From positions 1 to 56,845 of IMG/VR virus record IMGVR_UViG_3300030109_003433: 56,845 nucleotides of DNA. One strand, given 5' to 3'. The DNA is from a virus. Its lineage: Duplodnaviria > Caudoviricetes. This document shows, piece after piece, positions 18,501-27,481 of the stretch. The notes under the pieces were generated by a model. It worked only from the letters and a program-made list of their open reading frames with translations. It did no database searches and was not told the DNA's origin. The number at the start of each line of letters is the position of its first letter. Within the stretch, counting starts at the first letter, position 1. Position numbers and translations under genes: made by a program.

Positions 18501-21291
18501 TGTGGCTCAAAGACAGTTTCAGGAGCAAGAGCTTCAGCCTTTGATTGATGAAATGGTCAGGTTAGAAATAAACCCTGATAAGTTTGATGAGTTTCTTGTA
18601 TTGCGTCATGCCCTCGAAAGAAACAAAAGAATTAGAAATATTAATAAACAACTAGATCCTCAAGCCCAGCCAGGCGCAGGCTTCATTTTTGATGACGCAG
18701 GCAACAAAGTCCCTCTTAATGATGAATATGTTAAGACCAAGATGAAAAATGATTACGGTCTTACCTGGAATGATTCGACAGAAACCTGGGAGGGCGGGAA
18801 CCAAAGAGGCGACAAGATGAATGCCCTTGCATCAAGGGTTGATAGCATTCTTAAAAACACCAGAGACTTTGGTAGGCAGACTGGATTGCTATCTCAAGAT
18901 GCCTTCGATGCTCTTAACAACACGTTCAAGTATTACGTCCCCTTAAAAGAATCAGAAAGACATTCTGATCAAAGTCCGATTGATAAATACAGTGAGACTG
19001 ATAGTGAGATTTTAACTTTCCTAACAGGTGCAACGGCTAGAACCACAGGCACTTCTGGATCAGGAGGCTCCTTGTCTATAAAAGGGGCAGAAGGTAAACG
19101 CCTAAAGGGAGGGCTGAACCTAGCCTTTTCTCCTTTGGGGAACGTGGTTGCAGGTCGAGAAAGGATGATCGGAAGGGGGTTAAAGAACAAGGAGTTTGGA
19201 GAGAGGCTGGTAAACCTTATAAAAGAAAATCCTAATAGCGAAGTTTGGAACGTAATCTCTCCAGACAATCCCCGTTTTACTAGCGTGTTTGAATCTTCAT
19301 ACACTTATGTTGGAGATGACCCATCTCTACAGGGAAAAAAGACAGGCGACATTTCGGATCAGCCAGATAAGAAGAACTGGGTAAAACAAGTTGTTACCAG
19401 GACGGGCAACCCATTCATGGAAAATGATGTTATGGGTGTCAAGATAGATGGTGTGCCTCACTATGTAGAGGTGAAAGATCCCAGTCTCCGCATAGCGTTA
19501 AATAATTTAGATGCTCATACAGCAAATACAATAGTGGAGTATTTGAATACTGCCACTAGGTTCATGTCATTTGTAAACACCAGTCTTAACCCTGAGTTTG
19601 TCATGGGTAACTTCCCTAGAGATTTGCAGACAGCGATATTCAATATCGTTGGTGAGCAGACAATGCCAGGTGGTAAAGCAAAAGATGCTCAAAAGATTGT
19701 TGGGAAAGTTGTAAAAAATACAGTGCCATCTATCGGCGTGTTCTATAAAGGATTTAGAAACCCAGATAAGCTAAGCCCAGAGGACAAAAGAAACTTTGAG
19801 GAGTTCATGGAATCAGGAGCAAAGACTGATTGGTTTCATTCCCTCCCTCCAGAGCAAGCCAAAGCAAATATTGATCGAATGATTGACATGGCTCAAGGCA
19901 CGTTCACAGGCACAGCTCGTCAAGGATACGATACAGTTATTGATTTTGTAGAGAACAGTAATGCCGCTGTTGAAAACGGAGTAAGGTTAGCATCATTCAT
20001 TGCCGCCAGAGATGCGATGATTGAAAAGGGAATAGACAGAAACGAAGCAGTTACCAGGGCGGCATCACTAGCTAAAAATCTTACAGTTAACTTCAACAGA
20101 AAAGGTAATTCAGGAAACCTTCTCAACGGTTTGTATCTATTTTTCAATGCCAGTGTACAAGGTACCGTCAATATGGTGCGAGGCTTGAATCCTATGAACC
20201 CAAATTCATCAAGGATGAAGCAGGGAATCATGGGTGGTTTGATTTCTATGGGTGCAACCTCTGCCATGCTAGCTGATATGTTGATGGATGATGATGAGCT
20301 TGAGGATATTCCTGATTATGTAAGAGACAGAAACCTGGTGATACCAGACGCATTCTTGTTTCAGGATACAGAGAAGGGATACACCACAATACCTCTGCCG
20401 TATGGGTACAATGTATTTCATGTGATGGGTGAGCTTGCCTATCAGGTCACAGCGGGTAAGCTAAGCCCAGAGAAAGCTGGCATAAGGCTAGCAAATGTAA
20501 TGATGGGTTCCTTCAACCCGATTGGCACCTCAATGAGCGACACCTTTAGCGGTGGCGTTTTAAAGACCGCAGTTCCAACGGTAGCCAAACCTGTGGTGGA
20601 GCTTGCGCTAAACGAGAATTACTTTGGATCGCCAATCTATTCAGCAGAAAGCCCATTCCCTGGTGTTATAGATCCTGTGCAAAGCAACAGGAAACTGGGA
20701 GGAACAGCAGAGGCATGGCGCACAGTTACCAGTGCGTTGAATGCACTTACAACTCCAGAGGGAAGGGAAGGAGAGTATGAAGCAGGATTTATAAATCTAT
20801 CCCCAGATAAATTGAGTTATATTATGGGGTATTATCTTGGTGGTGCAGGACAGTTTGCAGAAAGAACATTTTTAAAAGCCCCACAAAAGTTGGCAACAGG
20901 AGAGGAGTTTGAGACCAGGGAGATTCCTTTTATCAGGAGGATACGTGGAGAAATAAGTAATGCTCCTGATACGAATCAGTTTTATGAAAGAATAGATGAG
21001 ATAGATAGAAAGAAGGCGCAGGCAGAGAGTCAGAAAATGTCTCCTGCTGAAAGGAAAAAATATAGAGATAGCAATAGAAAATACATCCAAATGATCGGGA
21101 TAAGGAAGGGGGTTCAAAAAACATTGACATCTTTGTATAGGGAGAGAAGAAGATATAAAGAGTTGAGGGAGAAGTTTCCAGAAAGAAGATTAGAATATGC
21201 GGAAAAAGAACAGTTGATTCAAGATAAAATTGATGCGGCAATCAACCGCTTTAATGATTTGTATGATAAAAGAGTGGGTGAGGATAAATGA
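15559..21291 (+). CDS. Large internal virion protein with LPD38-like C-terminal region (1910 aa)
   Basis: NFNRKG..LYLFFNASVQG, IPLPYGYN and ELALNENYFGSPI motifs; last gene of ejection cluster. Confidence 0.7.
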   Translation: MPTTTVTRPDGSTLDITHPEGASEQNILRFAAYQDSLAMAEEDPYPLVEEEEEEEEETSTFGAIGEGLKRVPGEAFSTITRIGTGAGQYFSELLDDDEEERLEDTLLETQRGLDEKKKSFLGYDEDYDDSTITQVLGAVGSTVPFIGAGIVGATVGLPVAATTAVVAGLGALTYGAIGAEDRAETEARTGVKLTDAQENQAKFANAAIGSLEGLGAPFRILRRIPSKVFKGPGGKEIESRFKEAIDSGIAEGSQEAAASLVSDLAAKGIYDPDRDIFTVGKAGDYFEEGIIGGGAGFISDVFLGGIGRRKALSDSEKIQEFEDSKLDAEEVEAGNANAMLAGQAEEPTIDPAQGTMPYIDADPVEIDDSADGTAIRFPFNDPLKARASGIARKMGESFPVDEEFTVVSGASEGERAGRRQRLTEEGDSFLVEKYTQELDTDAVDTATLEKARETYEGDEQKARDAYVSEKVQQEKDSLLDDTQQKYNITSQEYVVVDSKGTRYGPKLNDINDAINLAGSLKESGISEAAQRDAKEMIDLSMKETGIQYDGNQIQNLLSIARRIFSPYQKTYNSEQVDYAADTVAATGYIHQGLTAKQAQEKNIKPKDMTASQKINRDRLKRGLPETNTFTLKEIRKALGQDVGDLYLVESGAGERLTYEAIQYKKTEKSKPRIAIVGKNKYGEIKTEPILDRPLNNEEERQRVAGSGKNIKYNVKTRKRIPFINLSDATKLASEMNQKRGLHFPAMMRGKQPKATEKRFNDLLQSKNIEDNINSPAIRSMVSRFIGRTLRRDQTNTFNNLTESEKKLLFVKLNQLPEFDVPTKLPVFSLKPVEKAKQQRSTETDTLGLPDPVQFESRDDVAVLDKQRQSDIKKEVNKVVETVEAKKVDEIGQATVAAGPLANINRSDYVDNVEEISSFETPSTTVPGRIGKNFIFQVADKLVGLKDIVASINKSRAAKGIDPIKDTEDPYIGEELLAGKMGVAQRQFQEQELQPLIDEMVRLEINPDKFDEFLVLRHALERNKRIRNINKQLDPQAQPGAGFIFDDAGNKVPLNDEYVKTKMKNDYGLTWNDSTETWEGGNQRGDKMNALASRVDSILKNTRDFGRQTGLLSQDAFDALNNTFKYYVPLKESERHSDQSPIDKYSETDSEILTFLTGATARTTGTSGSGGSLSIKGAEGKRLKGGLNLAFSPLGNVVAGRERMIGRGLKNKEFGERLVNLIKENPNSEVWNVISPDNPRFTSVFESSYTYVGDDPSLQGKKTGDISDQPDKKNWVKQVVTRTGNPFMENDVMGVKIDGVPHYVEVKDPSLRIALNNLDAHTANTIVEYLNTATRFMSFVNTSLNPEFVMGNFPRDLQTAIFNIVGEQTMPGGKAKDAQKIVGKVVKNTVPSIGVFYKGFRNPDKLSPEDKRNFEEFMESGAKTDWFHSLPPEQAKANIDRMIDMAQGTFTGTARQGYDTVIDFVENSNAAVENGVRLASFIAARDAMIEKGIDRNEAVTRAASLAKNLTVNFNRKGNSGNLLNGLYLFFNASVQGTVNMVRGLNPMNPNSSRMKQGIMGGLISMGATSAMLADMLMDDDELEDIPDYVRDRNLVIPDAFLFQDTEKGYTTIPLPYGYNVFHVMGELAYQVTAGKLSPEKAGIRLANVMMGSFNPIGTSMSDTFSGGVLKTAVPTVAKPVVELALNENYFGSPIYSAESPFPGVIDPVQSNRKLGGTAEAWRTVTSALNALTTPEGREGEYEAGFINLSPDKLSYIMGYYLGGAGQFAERTFLKAPQKLATGEEFETREIPFIRRIRGEISNAPDTNQFYERIDEIDRKKAQAESQKMSPAERKKYRDSNRKYIQMIGIRKGVQKTLTSLYRERRRYKELREKFPERRLEYAEKEQLIQDKIDAAINRFNDLYDKRVGEDK

Positions 21292-21668
21292 TTCAGCCAT
21301 ATTTTTATAAATGCAAGACAGTAAGGATCATAGATGGTGATACTGTTGATGCAGATATTCAGTTAGGGTTCAATGTAACTTTAAGTAAGACCAGGATTAG
21401 ACTTTATAATATCGACACTCCTGAAAGTCGCACAAGAAACCTGGAAGAAAAAGCACTAGGCTTGAAAGCCAAAGAAAGATTGATAGAGTTGTTAGGAGAG
21501 AAGTTTTATATTGAATCCCTGGGAGAAGGAAAGTCAAAGGGAAAATATGGTAGGGTACTGGCAACACCATTCACCCTGGACACACATCAGAATGTTTGTG
21601 AAATTCTAGTGTCAGAGGGTCATGCCGCATATTATGATGGCGGAAAGAAAACAAAGGTGTGGGCTTAG
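21288..21668 (+). CDS. Thermonuclease (SNase) family protein
   Basis: IIDGDTVD, RLYNIDTPE and GKYGRVLA motifs. Confidence 0.9.
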   Translation: MIQPYFYKCKTVRIIDGDTVDADIQLGFNVTLSKTRIRLYNIDTPESRTRNLEEKALGLKAKERLIELLGEKFYIESLGEGKSKGKYGRVLATPFTLDTHQNVCEILVSEGHAAYYDGGKKTKVWA

Positions 21669-21675
21669 TAGTTCT

Positions 21676-21960
21676 ATGAGTATGTCAGCGATTGAGTGGT
21701 GCGCTGAACGTCAATGCAAGTGGGAGGTGATAGCTGTCATCAAATCCCCTCATGATGAAACCTTTGTTGCTTGCAGAAGGAGATACTTTCCATACGAGGG
21801 AAGAGATTGTCTAACCAGTTTTTTTAAAGATGGGATGTTCTCTAACACCCACTACGACATGACAGAACAAACCGCAATCGAAGATTTAGTTAGACGTTCA
21901 CATCTCTCGTTAGAAAAAGATTTAAGCTCAGTCAGTCACCAACGATTGACAGAGGTGTAG
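21676..21960 (+). CDS. Hypothetical protein
   Basis: In-frame ATG just after the nuclease stop. Confidence 0.55.
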   Translation: MSMSAIEWCAERQCKWEVIAVIKSPHDETFVACRRRYFPYEGRDCLTSFFKDGMFSNTHYDMTEQTAIEDLVRRSHLSLEKDLSSVSHQRLTEV

Positions 21961-22141
21961 GTTCAGGTTTTACCTGGTTGTTGCATGTGTTTAACCAGGA
22001 GAAAAATGTTTTCCTGGGGATGATCCAAGCATTACCAATACGCATAGCGGGTATCTCTTTCCGGTTGAGAGCGGCGTAAGTTTGATTGAGTCCCATTGAC
22101 AATATGTTTGCAACTTCTTTGACCTGCAATACGTGTTTCAT
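21932..22141 (-). CDS. Excisionase-like/MerR-type HTH DNA-binding protein
   Basis: VLQVKEVANIL...TY....EIPAMRIGNAWIIPR. Confidence 0.85.
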   Translation of the reverse strand: MKHVLQVKEVANILSMGLNQTYAALNRKEIPAMRIGNAWIIPRKTFFSWLNTCNNQVKPEPTPLSIVGD

Positions 22142-22237
22142 AATTGTTTTCCTTAGCCAGTGGTTGATAGTACCTGGTATTGTGTTCTATTCGTTTCGTT
22201 AAAGAAACAAAATAACCGTGGACAAAAGAAAAAAAAT

Positions 22238-22345
22238 TTAACCAGTTTGTTTTTTCTCAAACTCTTTCTCCAGTTGCTTAAAGTACGCCCTTCTTTTTTT
22301 CCACAAATCAAATTCTCTTTTCACTGCTTTCCATAATTTTTTCAT
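22238..22345 (-). CDS. Small basic protein (35 aa, not in ORF track)
   Basis: MKKLWKAVKREFDLWKKRRAYFKQLEKEFEKKQTG with AGGAG SD. Confidence 0.55.
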   Translation of the reverse strand: MKKLWKAVKREFDLWKKRRAYFKQLEKEFEKKQTG

Positions 22346-22349
22346 TGAT

Positions 22350-22628
22350 TCATCTCTCCTTTTCATTTTCTGGAACTAACTTAATGTGATGTAGCTTCGA
22401 TATAAAGAAATCGTACTCCCCCTCTCCAAAGTAAAAGTGATTCATAAAATCTCCAACCATTTCAATGTTAGCGAACTCACCATAAGAAGCTACCGTATTG
22501 TCTGCCTTTGATACCACGGTAACAATCAATGCCTGGAAGAATCCGCTTTCATTACAATCGCTAACAAGATAGTGAAAGGACTCATCTTTTTCAGTACCAG
22601 GAAATGGTATTATATTGTCATCGCTCAT
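22350..22628 (-). CDS. Hypothetical protein
   Basis: GAGGAG SD; MSDDNIIPFP start. Confidence 0.7.
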   Translation of the reverse strand: MSDDNIIPFPGTEKDESFHYLVSDCNESGFFQALIVTVVSKADNTVASYGEFANIEMVGDFMNHFYFGEGEYDFFISKLHHIKLVPENEKER

Positions 22629-22649
22629 AGGCTCCTCAGCTTAAAATTC

Positions 22650-22868
22650 TTACCACAAGTTGTGGAGATCGCCAGGTAAAAAGGTATCCCCATCTTCATG
22701 ATTTAAAGAGAACGATCCGTCACAATGTTCTACCAGGTCTATAGTTAGTCTATGCTCTTCCATTCCGGCAGATAATGTTTCAATGGTTGATTTGCCAGGA
22801 GGTAGAGGAGAGGGTCTCCTTTGAAGCAAACTTGCTATTCCCAAATGTTTAAGTTGTTCTAACCTCAT
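22650..22868 (-). CDS. Hypothetical protein
   Basis: ORF fills the gap in the leftward operon; weak SD. Confidence 0.4.
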   Translation of the reverse strand: MRLEQLKHLGIASLLQRRPSPLPPGKSTIETLSAGMEEHRLTIDLVEHCDGSFSLNHEDGDTFLPGDLHNLW

Positions 22869-22870
22869 GA

Positions 22871-23158
22871 TTAGATTTTATCTTCATATATTGAATCGTG
22901 CAGTTCCTGTCGATAATTATCTAATTGTAAAATCCAATCTTGAATAATATCTAGAATCATCACATCAGCCGTAGCATCAAGTAAATCATAGTTGATTTCT
23001 ACCTTTCCACAACTTCCAAGCGGCTCGTAATGTAACTTGCCATATTGCACTAGAAGCATAGGTGAATGAAATGATGTTCTTGTTTCTTTGCTGTGGCTCC
23101 TCTGCCTGTCCTGCCATCCATGTAATGATGGTCTTTTTTTTTCACTGTTGTCGCTCAT
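22871..23158 (-). CDS. Hypothetical protein
   Basis: GAGGG SD; operon context. Confidence 0.65.
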   Translation of the reverse strand: MSDNSEKKRPSLHGWQDRQRSHSKETRTSFHSPMLLVQYGKLHYEPLGSCGKVEINYDLLDATADVMILDIIQDWILQLDNYRQELHDSIYEDKI

Positions 23159-23184
23159 ATTTATTACCCTCTATAATATTAATT

Positions 23185-23430
23185 TTACTTAACTAAAATT
23201 CGTTTAAACATTTTTTTCTCAATCATCTGTTTTTGATTTCGAGAATAGGTGTTGTTGGTATAGACAATTCCCTTCCTGTACTTAGAGGGACGTAACTGTA
23301 CATTAGCACCCGCATTATCATCACTGGTGCATACTTCAATCTTTCCTCCAGAGTTGAGAAAGTCGATAATATCTTTCTGTAATTGCTCTCGAAACTTTTG
23401 CTTCTCCGTTTTGTTGAATGAGTTGCTCAT
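23185..23430 (-). CDS. SutA-like RNA-polymerase-binding protein
   Basis: REQLQKDIIDFLNSGGKIEVC resembles the SutA FLxxGGKI/V core; start moved to ATG 23430 (GAGG SD, ATGA overlap). Confidence 0.6.
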   Translation of the reverse strand: MSNSFNKTEKQKFREQLQKDIIDFLNSGGKIEVCTSDDNAGANVQLRPSKYRKGIVYTNNTYSRNQKQMIEKKMFKRILVK

Positions 23431-23951
23431 TTGAACCTCGCTGTTACTATATGCTCCCACAATTTAGACATGCCCAATAGATGCGTTTGATCCAGGGTGT
23501 AACATTTGCCATGCCCTAAGTCTTCGTGGACACATTTTTCTCTAAAATGTTTTTGTGAAACCCATCCCATAACTAGCATCACATCATCTTGTGTGGTGTC
23601 AGCCGTTACCAGGATGGCAAGTTCTGAAAGAAAAGAATCTAGTGATTTGAATAAAAGTTTACCCTGGGGATAGAAGCTAGCTTTGACCTGGATAGAAACC
23701 TCCTTGTTGCCGACATCAATATACATGTCATCACCAGAGTCTATCCCCATAGCTGATGCTTTGAAATCAAGACCAAACAGTTTTGCCACTGCTTTTTCTG
23801 CCTTGATCCCAAGCTCATCAATATCATTATCAGTTCTGCCCTGATCTCGCCTGTCGTTTTTGACATGAGATAACCTAGCCATTTGCCAACGGAGAGAGGC
23901 AAATTGTCTGCATTCGGATAGCTCAGATTTCTTCAGTCGTACCGGAATCAT
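23427..23951 (-). CDS. Hypothetical protein, possible PD-(D/E)XK fold
   Basis: G..AE.AVA, D.GDD, IQVK pattern. Confidence 0.6.
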   Translation of the reverse strand: MIPVRLKKSELSECRQFASLRWQMARLSHVKNDRRDQGRTDNDIDELGIKAEKAVAKLFGLDFKASAMGIDSGDDMYIDVGNKEVSIQVKASFYPQGKLLFKSLDSFLSELAILVTADTTQDDVMLVMGWVSQKHFREKCVHEDLGHGKCYTLDQTHLLGMSKLWEHIVTARFK

Positions 23952-24057
23952 TTGTTTGATCTTTAGCTATTTGTTTTAATAGTTTAATCAACGTAATTAA
24001 TGACTCAGATATTTCTTCATAATCATCATCGTCAATTTCGACAAGCATTATTTTCAT
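23923..24057 (-). CDS. Small acidic protein (44 aa, not in ORF track)
   Basis: MKIMLVEIDDDDYEEISESL...; ATGA overlap with 24054..24290. Confidence 0.5.
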   Translation of the reverse strand: MKIMLVEIDDDDYEEISESLITLIKLLKQIAKDQTNDSGTTEEI

Positions 24058-24290
24058 AGCCGATCAACATTCTCCTCTGATCCAAAAAATTCACCAAACT
24101 TTACGCAACACTTGTGCTGTAGCTGAGCAAGTGCCTTGCCAGAATCCTCTGGATCTAACGTAGATATTTCATCTAAATCTAAAAGTATATCAACCCAGGA
24201 TAGCTTAATTTCTTTTAGTGTGTTTTGTGCCTCAAGTATCTCTGTGGAAAAACTTTTCATAATACTTGGAAGATGTGTTGATTCATTCAT
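24054..24290 (-). CDS. Hypothetical protein
   Basis: GAGGG SD; operon context. Confidence 0.65.
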   Translation of the reverse strand: MNESTHLPSIMKSFSTEILEAQNTLKEIKLSWVDILLDLDEISTLDPEDSGKALAQLQHKCCVKFGEFFGSEENVDRL

Positions 24291-24307
24291 AATATTACCC
24301 TCTTTAT

Positions 24308-24724
24308 TTATTTAGGTGGCGGCACATCAAATCCCATATCAGCCGCAGTCCGTACCAAACAATCTATCAACTCGCTGTATGTAATTTTATTTGTGCCGTT
24401 GCTTCTTTTTCTAGGTCTTCGTACCTCTCCAAACCTTGTCTCTACTACATCATAGCCATAGCATAGACAAAGCAATTCATTATGTATCTCGCCCTCTGTC
24501 ATACCGCACCACTGACCAAACTGGCGAGACCATTTTCTATAGTACCCTTCTTGTTGGCGACTCCTTTCCCACACCAGGGGTTTGATATTTACATCAATCC
24601 CTTCCTTGCATTGGTCTAACAGTTTATGGAAAAGCTCTCGCTTCTCTGGGTATTCCTGCATCAAAGCCATAACAACAGATGTAAATCTTTGCGAATCATC
24701 CGTTGATATTCTGAGGTCAATCAT
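24308..24724 (-). CDS. NinB/YbcN-like recombination protein
   Basis: RS.QQ..YY.W, E.H..L, S....YSELID..A...G pattern. Confidence 0.6.
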   Translation of the reverse strand: MIDLRISTDDSQRFTSVVMALMQEYPEKRELFHKLLDQCKEGIDVNIKPLVWERSRQQEGYYRKWSRQFGQWCGMTEGEIHNELLCLCYGYDVVETRFGEVRRPRKRSNGTNKITYSELIDCLVRTAADMGFDVPPPK

Positions 24725-25082
24725 CTGTTTTGTGTCCGTCTAACTTAATGACTCCCTGGTCAATCCTTCTTATCAAGGTCATAAGAATATTAAAAAGAAA
24801 TTGTTCAGACAGATCAATCTTTCTGAGATAAGGATCACCTGCATTTGATAGATTTCCTTGTAGCGGATTAGCAATGCTATTATCAAATTCATAATGGCAC
24901 TTAGCGCAGAGGTCAGCCACACACAAATCATGTGGCTTTATCCCTTTGCCCTTACCAAATATCTGGCTCCTCAGTCCTTGATAATGTGCGGCAACTATCG
25001 TGTCATCACGAACACCGCAATGAACACAGGCTTGCCCCTCTGCCGCTGAGAGTATTTTTTTAGACCTGATTAACTTTCCCAC
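24717..25082 (-). CDS. DUF1364/YbcO-like zinc-binding putative nuclease
   Basis: SKKILSAAEGQACVHC..TIVAAH..GKGIKPHD..CAKCH..FD. Confidence 0.75.
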   Translation of the reverse strand: MGKLIRSKKILSAAEGQACVHCGVRDDTIVAAHYQGLRSQIFGKGKGIKPHDLCVADLCAKCHYEFDNSIANPLQGNLSNAGDPYLRKIDLSEQFLFNILMTLIRRIDQGVIKLDGHKTDD

Positions 25083-25408
25083 GGATAACTTCCCGTATCC
25101 TGTGGAGGAGGACTCTGCACTGGAGTTGGTTGGTGTGTTTGTCCATGGTTTTGTGGGTGACTGAAACCATCATCCTCTTTTTCTACTGCCTCGATAGACA
25201 GGTAAAGATAAGATGCCCCTGTGTTTTTTGCATTGCGCTTCCATCCCGCCATCTTCAGGGTTGGTTTCTCACCTGACTTTCTCTGCTTTAAGATGGTTGA
25301 AAGTTGTTCATCTGTAAGCTCTATGGTGCCTTGCAAGTCGGGGTGAGTCTCTGATTTCTTGTAACCGTTTTCAAACAAAGCACTTTCACTTTTGTGGTAA
25401 TTAGGCAT
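25070..25408 (-). CDS. Putative single-stranded DNA-binding protein
   Basis: ALFEN..K....PD..G.I...AGW...YL.LS with flexible tail ending PW; adjacent to ERF. Confidence 0.6.
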   Translation of the reverse strand: MPNYHKSESALFENGYKKSETHPDLQGTIELTDEQLSTILKQRKSGEKPTLKMAGWKRNAKNTGASYLYLSIEAVEKEDDGFSHPQNHGQTHQPTPVQSPPPQDTGSYPWES

Positions 25409-26138
25409 TTTCTTTCTCCTTAAATGTATTAAAAATTTCGCTCATAAAACCCATGATTTTCTTATAAGCCTCTGGGTATTTTTCTATCTGTGAGAATACC
25501 TCGATGTTTGTGTCGTAGTAGTCTCTTGCATGGTCAATTGATTCAAACTTAAATGTTCCCATGATTTTCATCATGTCATCTACCTGGTGCATTGCCGCCT
25601 CTGCATTAGGAATCTTATGCTCTCTAGGCTCTGGGGCTTTTACCTTTTGCTCTGTCTTGGGTTGTTCTTTTGGAACGACCTTTGAAGGCTCAGGCTTTGC
25701 GGATGCCTTGACCTGGGGCTTGGTTGGTTTGGATTTGCTATTATTGTCATGAGACATAGCACTTTCAGCGTCATCATCAGCCGATGGAATGCCTGCAACA
25801 GACTGTAAAGCATACCTCCTCGCGTAGGTGATCGCAGATCCCGCCGCCTGTGGATCATGCTTTACCATTGGTAAAGTGTAAGTCTGCTGTAGCCACTGCC
25901 CTGATGTGTGCATAAGCCGTGTAGTGACTCCTATGCCTCTCTCAGAGTTGAAAGGGAACTGGACATAGGATAGCCCATTGTCACAGAAAGGCTCCTTAAT
26001 CGCCTTTACAACGCTTCCCAGGTCAGCATACTTGCTTTTGAAATAAGGGTTACTGCTATCCTTCACAGCCCCCGCCATCTGTCCCTGGGCTTTTACCAAA
26101 GCCTGGGCTAGCTCATCTATTGATTCACTTGTTTCCAT
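25401..26138 (-). CDS. erf: ERF family ssDNA-annealing recombinase
   Basis: NPYFKSKYADL, HTSGQW, GSAITYARRYAL, DDDA motifs. Confidence 0.92.
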   Translation of the reverse strand: METSESIDELAQALVKAQGQMAGAVKDSSNPYFKSKYADLGSVVKAIKEPFCDNGLSYVQFPFNSERGIGVTTRLMHTSGQWLQQTYTLPMVKHDPQAAGSAITYARRYALQSVAGIPSADDDAESAMSHDNNSKSKPTKPQVKASAKPEPSKVVPKEQPKTEQKVKAPEPREHKIPNAEAAMHQVDDMMKIMGTFKFESIDHARDYYDTNIEVFSQIEKYPEAYKKIMGFMSEIFNTFKEKENA

Positions 26139-26147
26139 AATACCCTC

Positions 26148-26369
26148 TTAGTATTGTTGTTTAAGATCCTTGTCAACGTCCTCACCGATAAATTCAAGTA
26201 TGTCGTTAACATCTTTTTTCAAAAACAAATCCATTGGCATTTTTATTTTTAGTTCTTCGTTGACGAATATCAACACAACGTCGCCATCAACTGACATGTT
26301 TAACGTGCCATTACGAACCTGTTGAACCAAGCCAATAAACTTGTCTTTAAATTCTTGATTAACCTTCAT
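26148..26369 (-). CDS. Hypothetical protein
   Basis: GGAG SD; operon context. Confidence 0.65.
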   Translation of the reverse strand: MKVNQEFKDKFIGLVQQVRNGTLNMSVDGDVVLIFVNEELKIKMPMDLFLKKDVNDILEFIGEDVDKDLKQQY

Positions 26370-27231
26370 TCTCTAACCACTCCTTCTGTTGCGTACACCA
26401 GGGACTTGCATCGCAATACTTGTTGCATCTGATAGGTTCAGACACACGTTCCTCTATCACTAAGTTTGAAGACGATAATGGGTTTGCAATGTAATCCTCT
26501 GCTTCTTGTTGCGTATCGAAAACCCTGTCAGCTCTTTTGTTCTTGGGTTTTTTCACTGCAAATTTTTTTGGTTTCAGCCATCTTTCCTGATCGGTACACA
26601 GGGGAAGTTCCTCGCCTGTCAGGTGATCGAACTCTGCTTTCTGGTGTAGTGAAATTCGCTCAGCCATGTATTGTTCTCTAATGTTTTTATCCCAAAGAGG
26701 GATGTCAACTAGAACGATAGGGGATTCTGGATAATCACCCTGGCGAGTTTCCGCCTCTCGATTCTTCCAGTCTCGTAGCACAGCTACGATTGTGAGCTTA
26801 TTAATCTTTACACCTTTGGCGTGTTCTACTAGCCAGGCATAAGCATTAAGTTGGTTGTGCCACTCTGGTTTGTCGTAGATTACAGACCACACTGAGGTCA
26901 CTTTATAATCCATGATATGTGAACCTTTTTGCAGATCAATGGCTCCAGATATACGCCAACCATCGACATCAAAAAATAATCTTTCCTCTGCAATGTGTTC
27001 TATATCTCCGTAATCCTCAAAGATATTATGCACAGCGGTACCAAACACAGACCACAAACGATCAGTACAATCCTCTTCTATTTCATCCTGATGGAATCTG
27101 CACAGGATTTGTTTGCGTGGGCTGTCGATCAACTGGGTCACTGACCTGTCGCTCTCCCCTCTGCTGTAGCTGTCCTGTGTCAGTGCTTTCATCACTGGCT
27201 CTGGTAGATTGAACTTGTTGGTTATCCTCAA
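26359..27231 (-). CDS. PD-(D/E)XK (Cas4/RecB-like) exonuclease
   Basis: GTAVH, ISGAID, DYK, QLNAY and C-terminal C..YC....WC; likely TTG start at 27231 after GGAGG. Confidence 0.85.
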   Translation of the reverse strand: MRITNKFNLPEPVMKALTQDSYSRGESDRSVTQLIDSPRKQILCRFHQDEIEEDCTDRLWSVFGTAVHNIFEDYGDIEHIAEERLFFDVDGWRISGAIDLQKGSHIMDYKVTSVWSVIYDKPEWHNQLNAYAWLVEHAKGVKINKLTIVAVLRDWKNREAETRQGDYPESPIVLVDIPLWDKNIREQYMAERISLHQKAEFDHLTGEELPLCTDQERWLKPKKFAVKKPKNKRADRVFDTQQEAEDYIANPLSSSNLVIEERVSEPIRCNKYCDASPWCTQQKEWLENEG

Positions 27232-27481
27232 CTTCAGAATCCTCCAATCGAAAAATCCGCACACCCTCCTGGGGGTACGTCTTCATTGAGAATTGTTTCG
27301 GTTGATTGTTCCGATTGAACCGACTGATGTAACTCGCCAACGAAAGATATTCCTTTTGATTTCTCTGGATTGGCACTAATACACTGTCGTTTATTTCCAT
27401 GTCCGACAAGGGAATGTCCTTCCACTGGCTGTTCAATCTGCCAGGGTACTTTACATTCTTCTCTATCTTGAACGTCATCAT
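27083..27481 (-). CDS. Small putative DNA-binding protein
   Basis: AGGAG SD; FKIEKNV.YP...P...MEI.DS...GVRIFR pattern. Confidence 0.6.
   Translation of the reverse strand: MMTFKIEKNVKYPGRLNSQWKDIPLSDMEINDSVLVPIQRNQKEYLSLASYISRFNRNNQPKQFSMKTYPQEGVRIFRLEDSEVEDNQQVQSTRASDESTDTGQLQQRGERQVSDPVDRQPTQTNPVQIPSG

Noticed and set aside
26359-27231. Cas4-like gene as part of a CRISPR system
   Set aside because: No repeat-spacer array or other cas genes; it sits in an ERF recombination module
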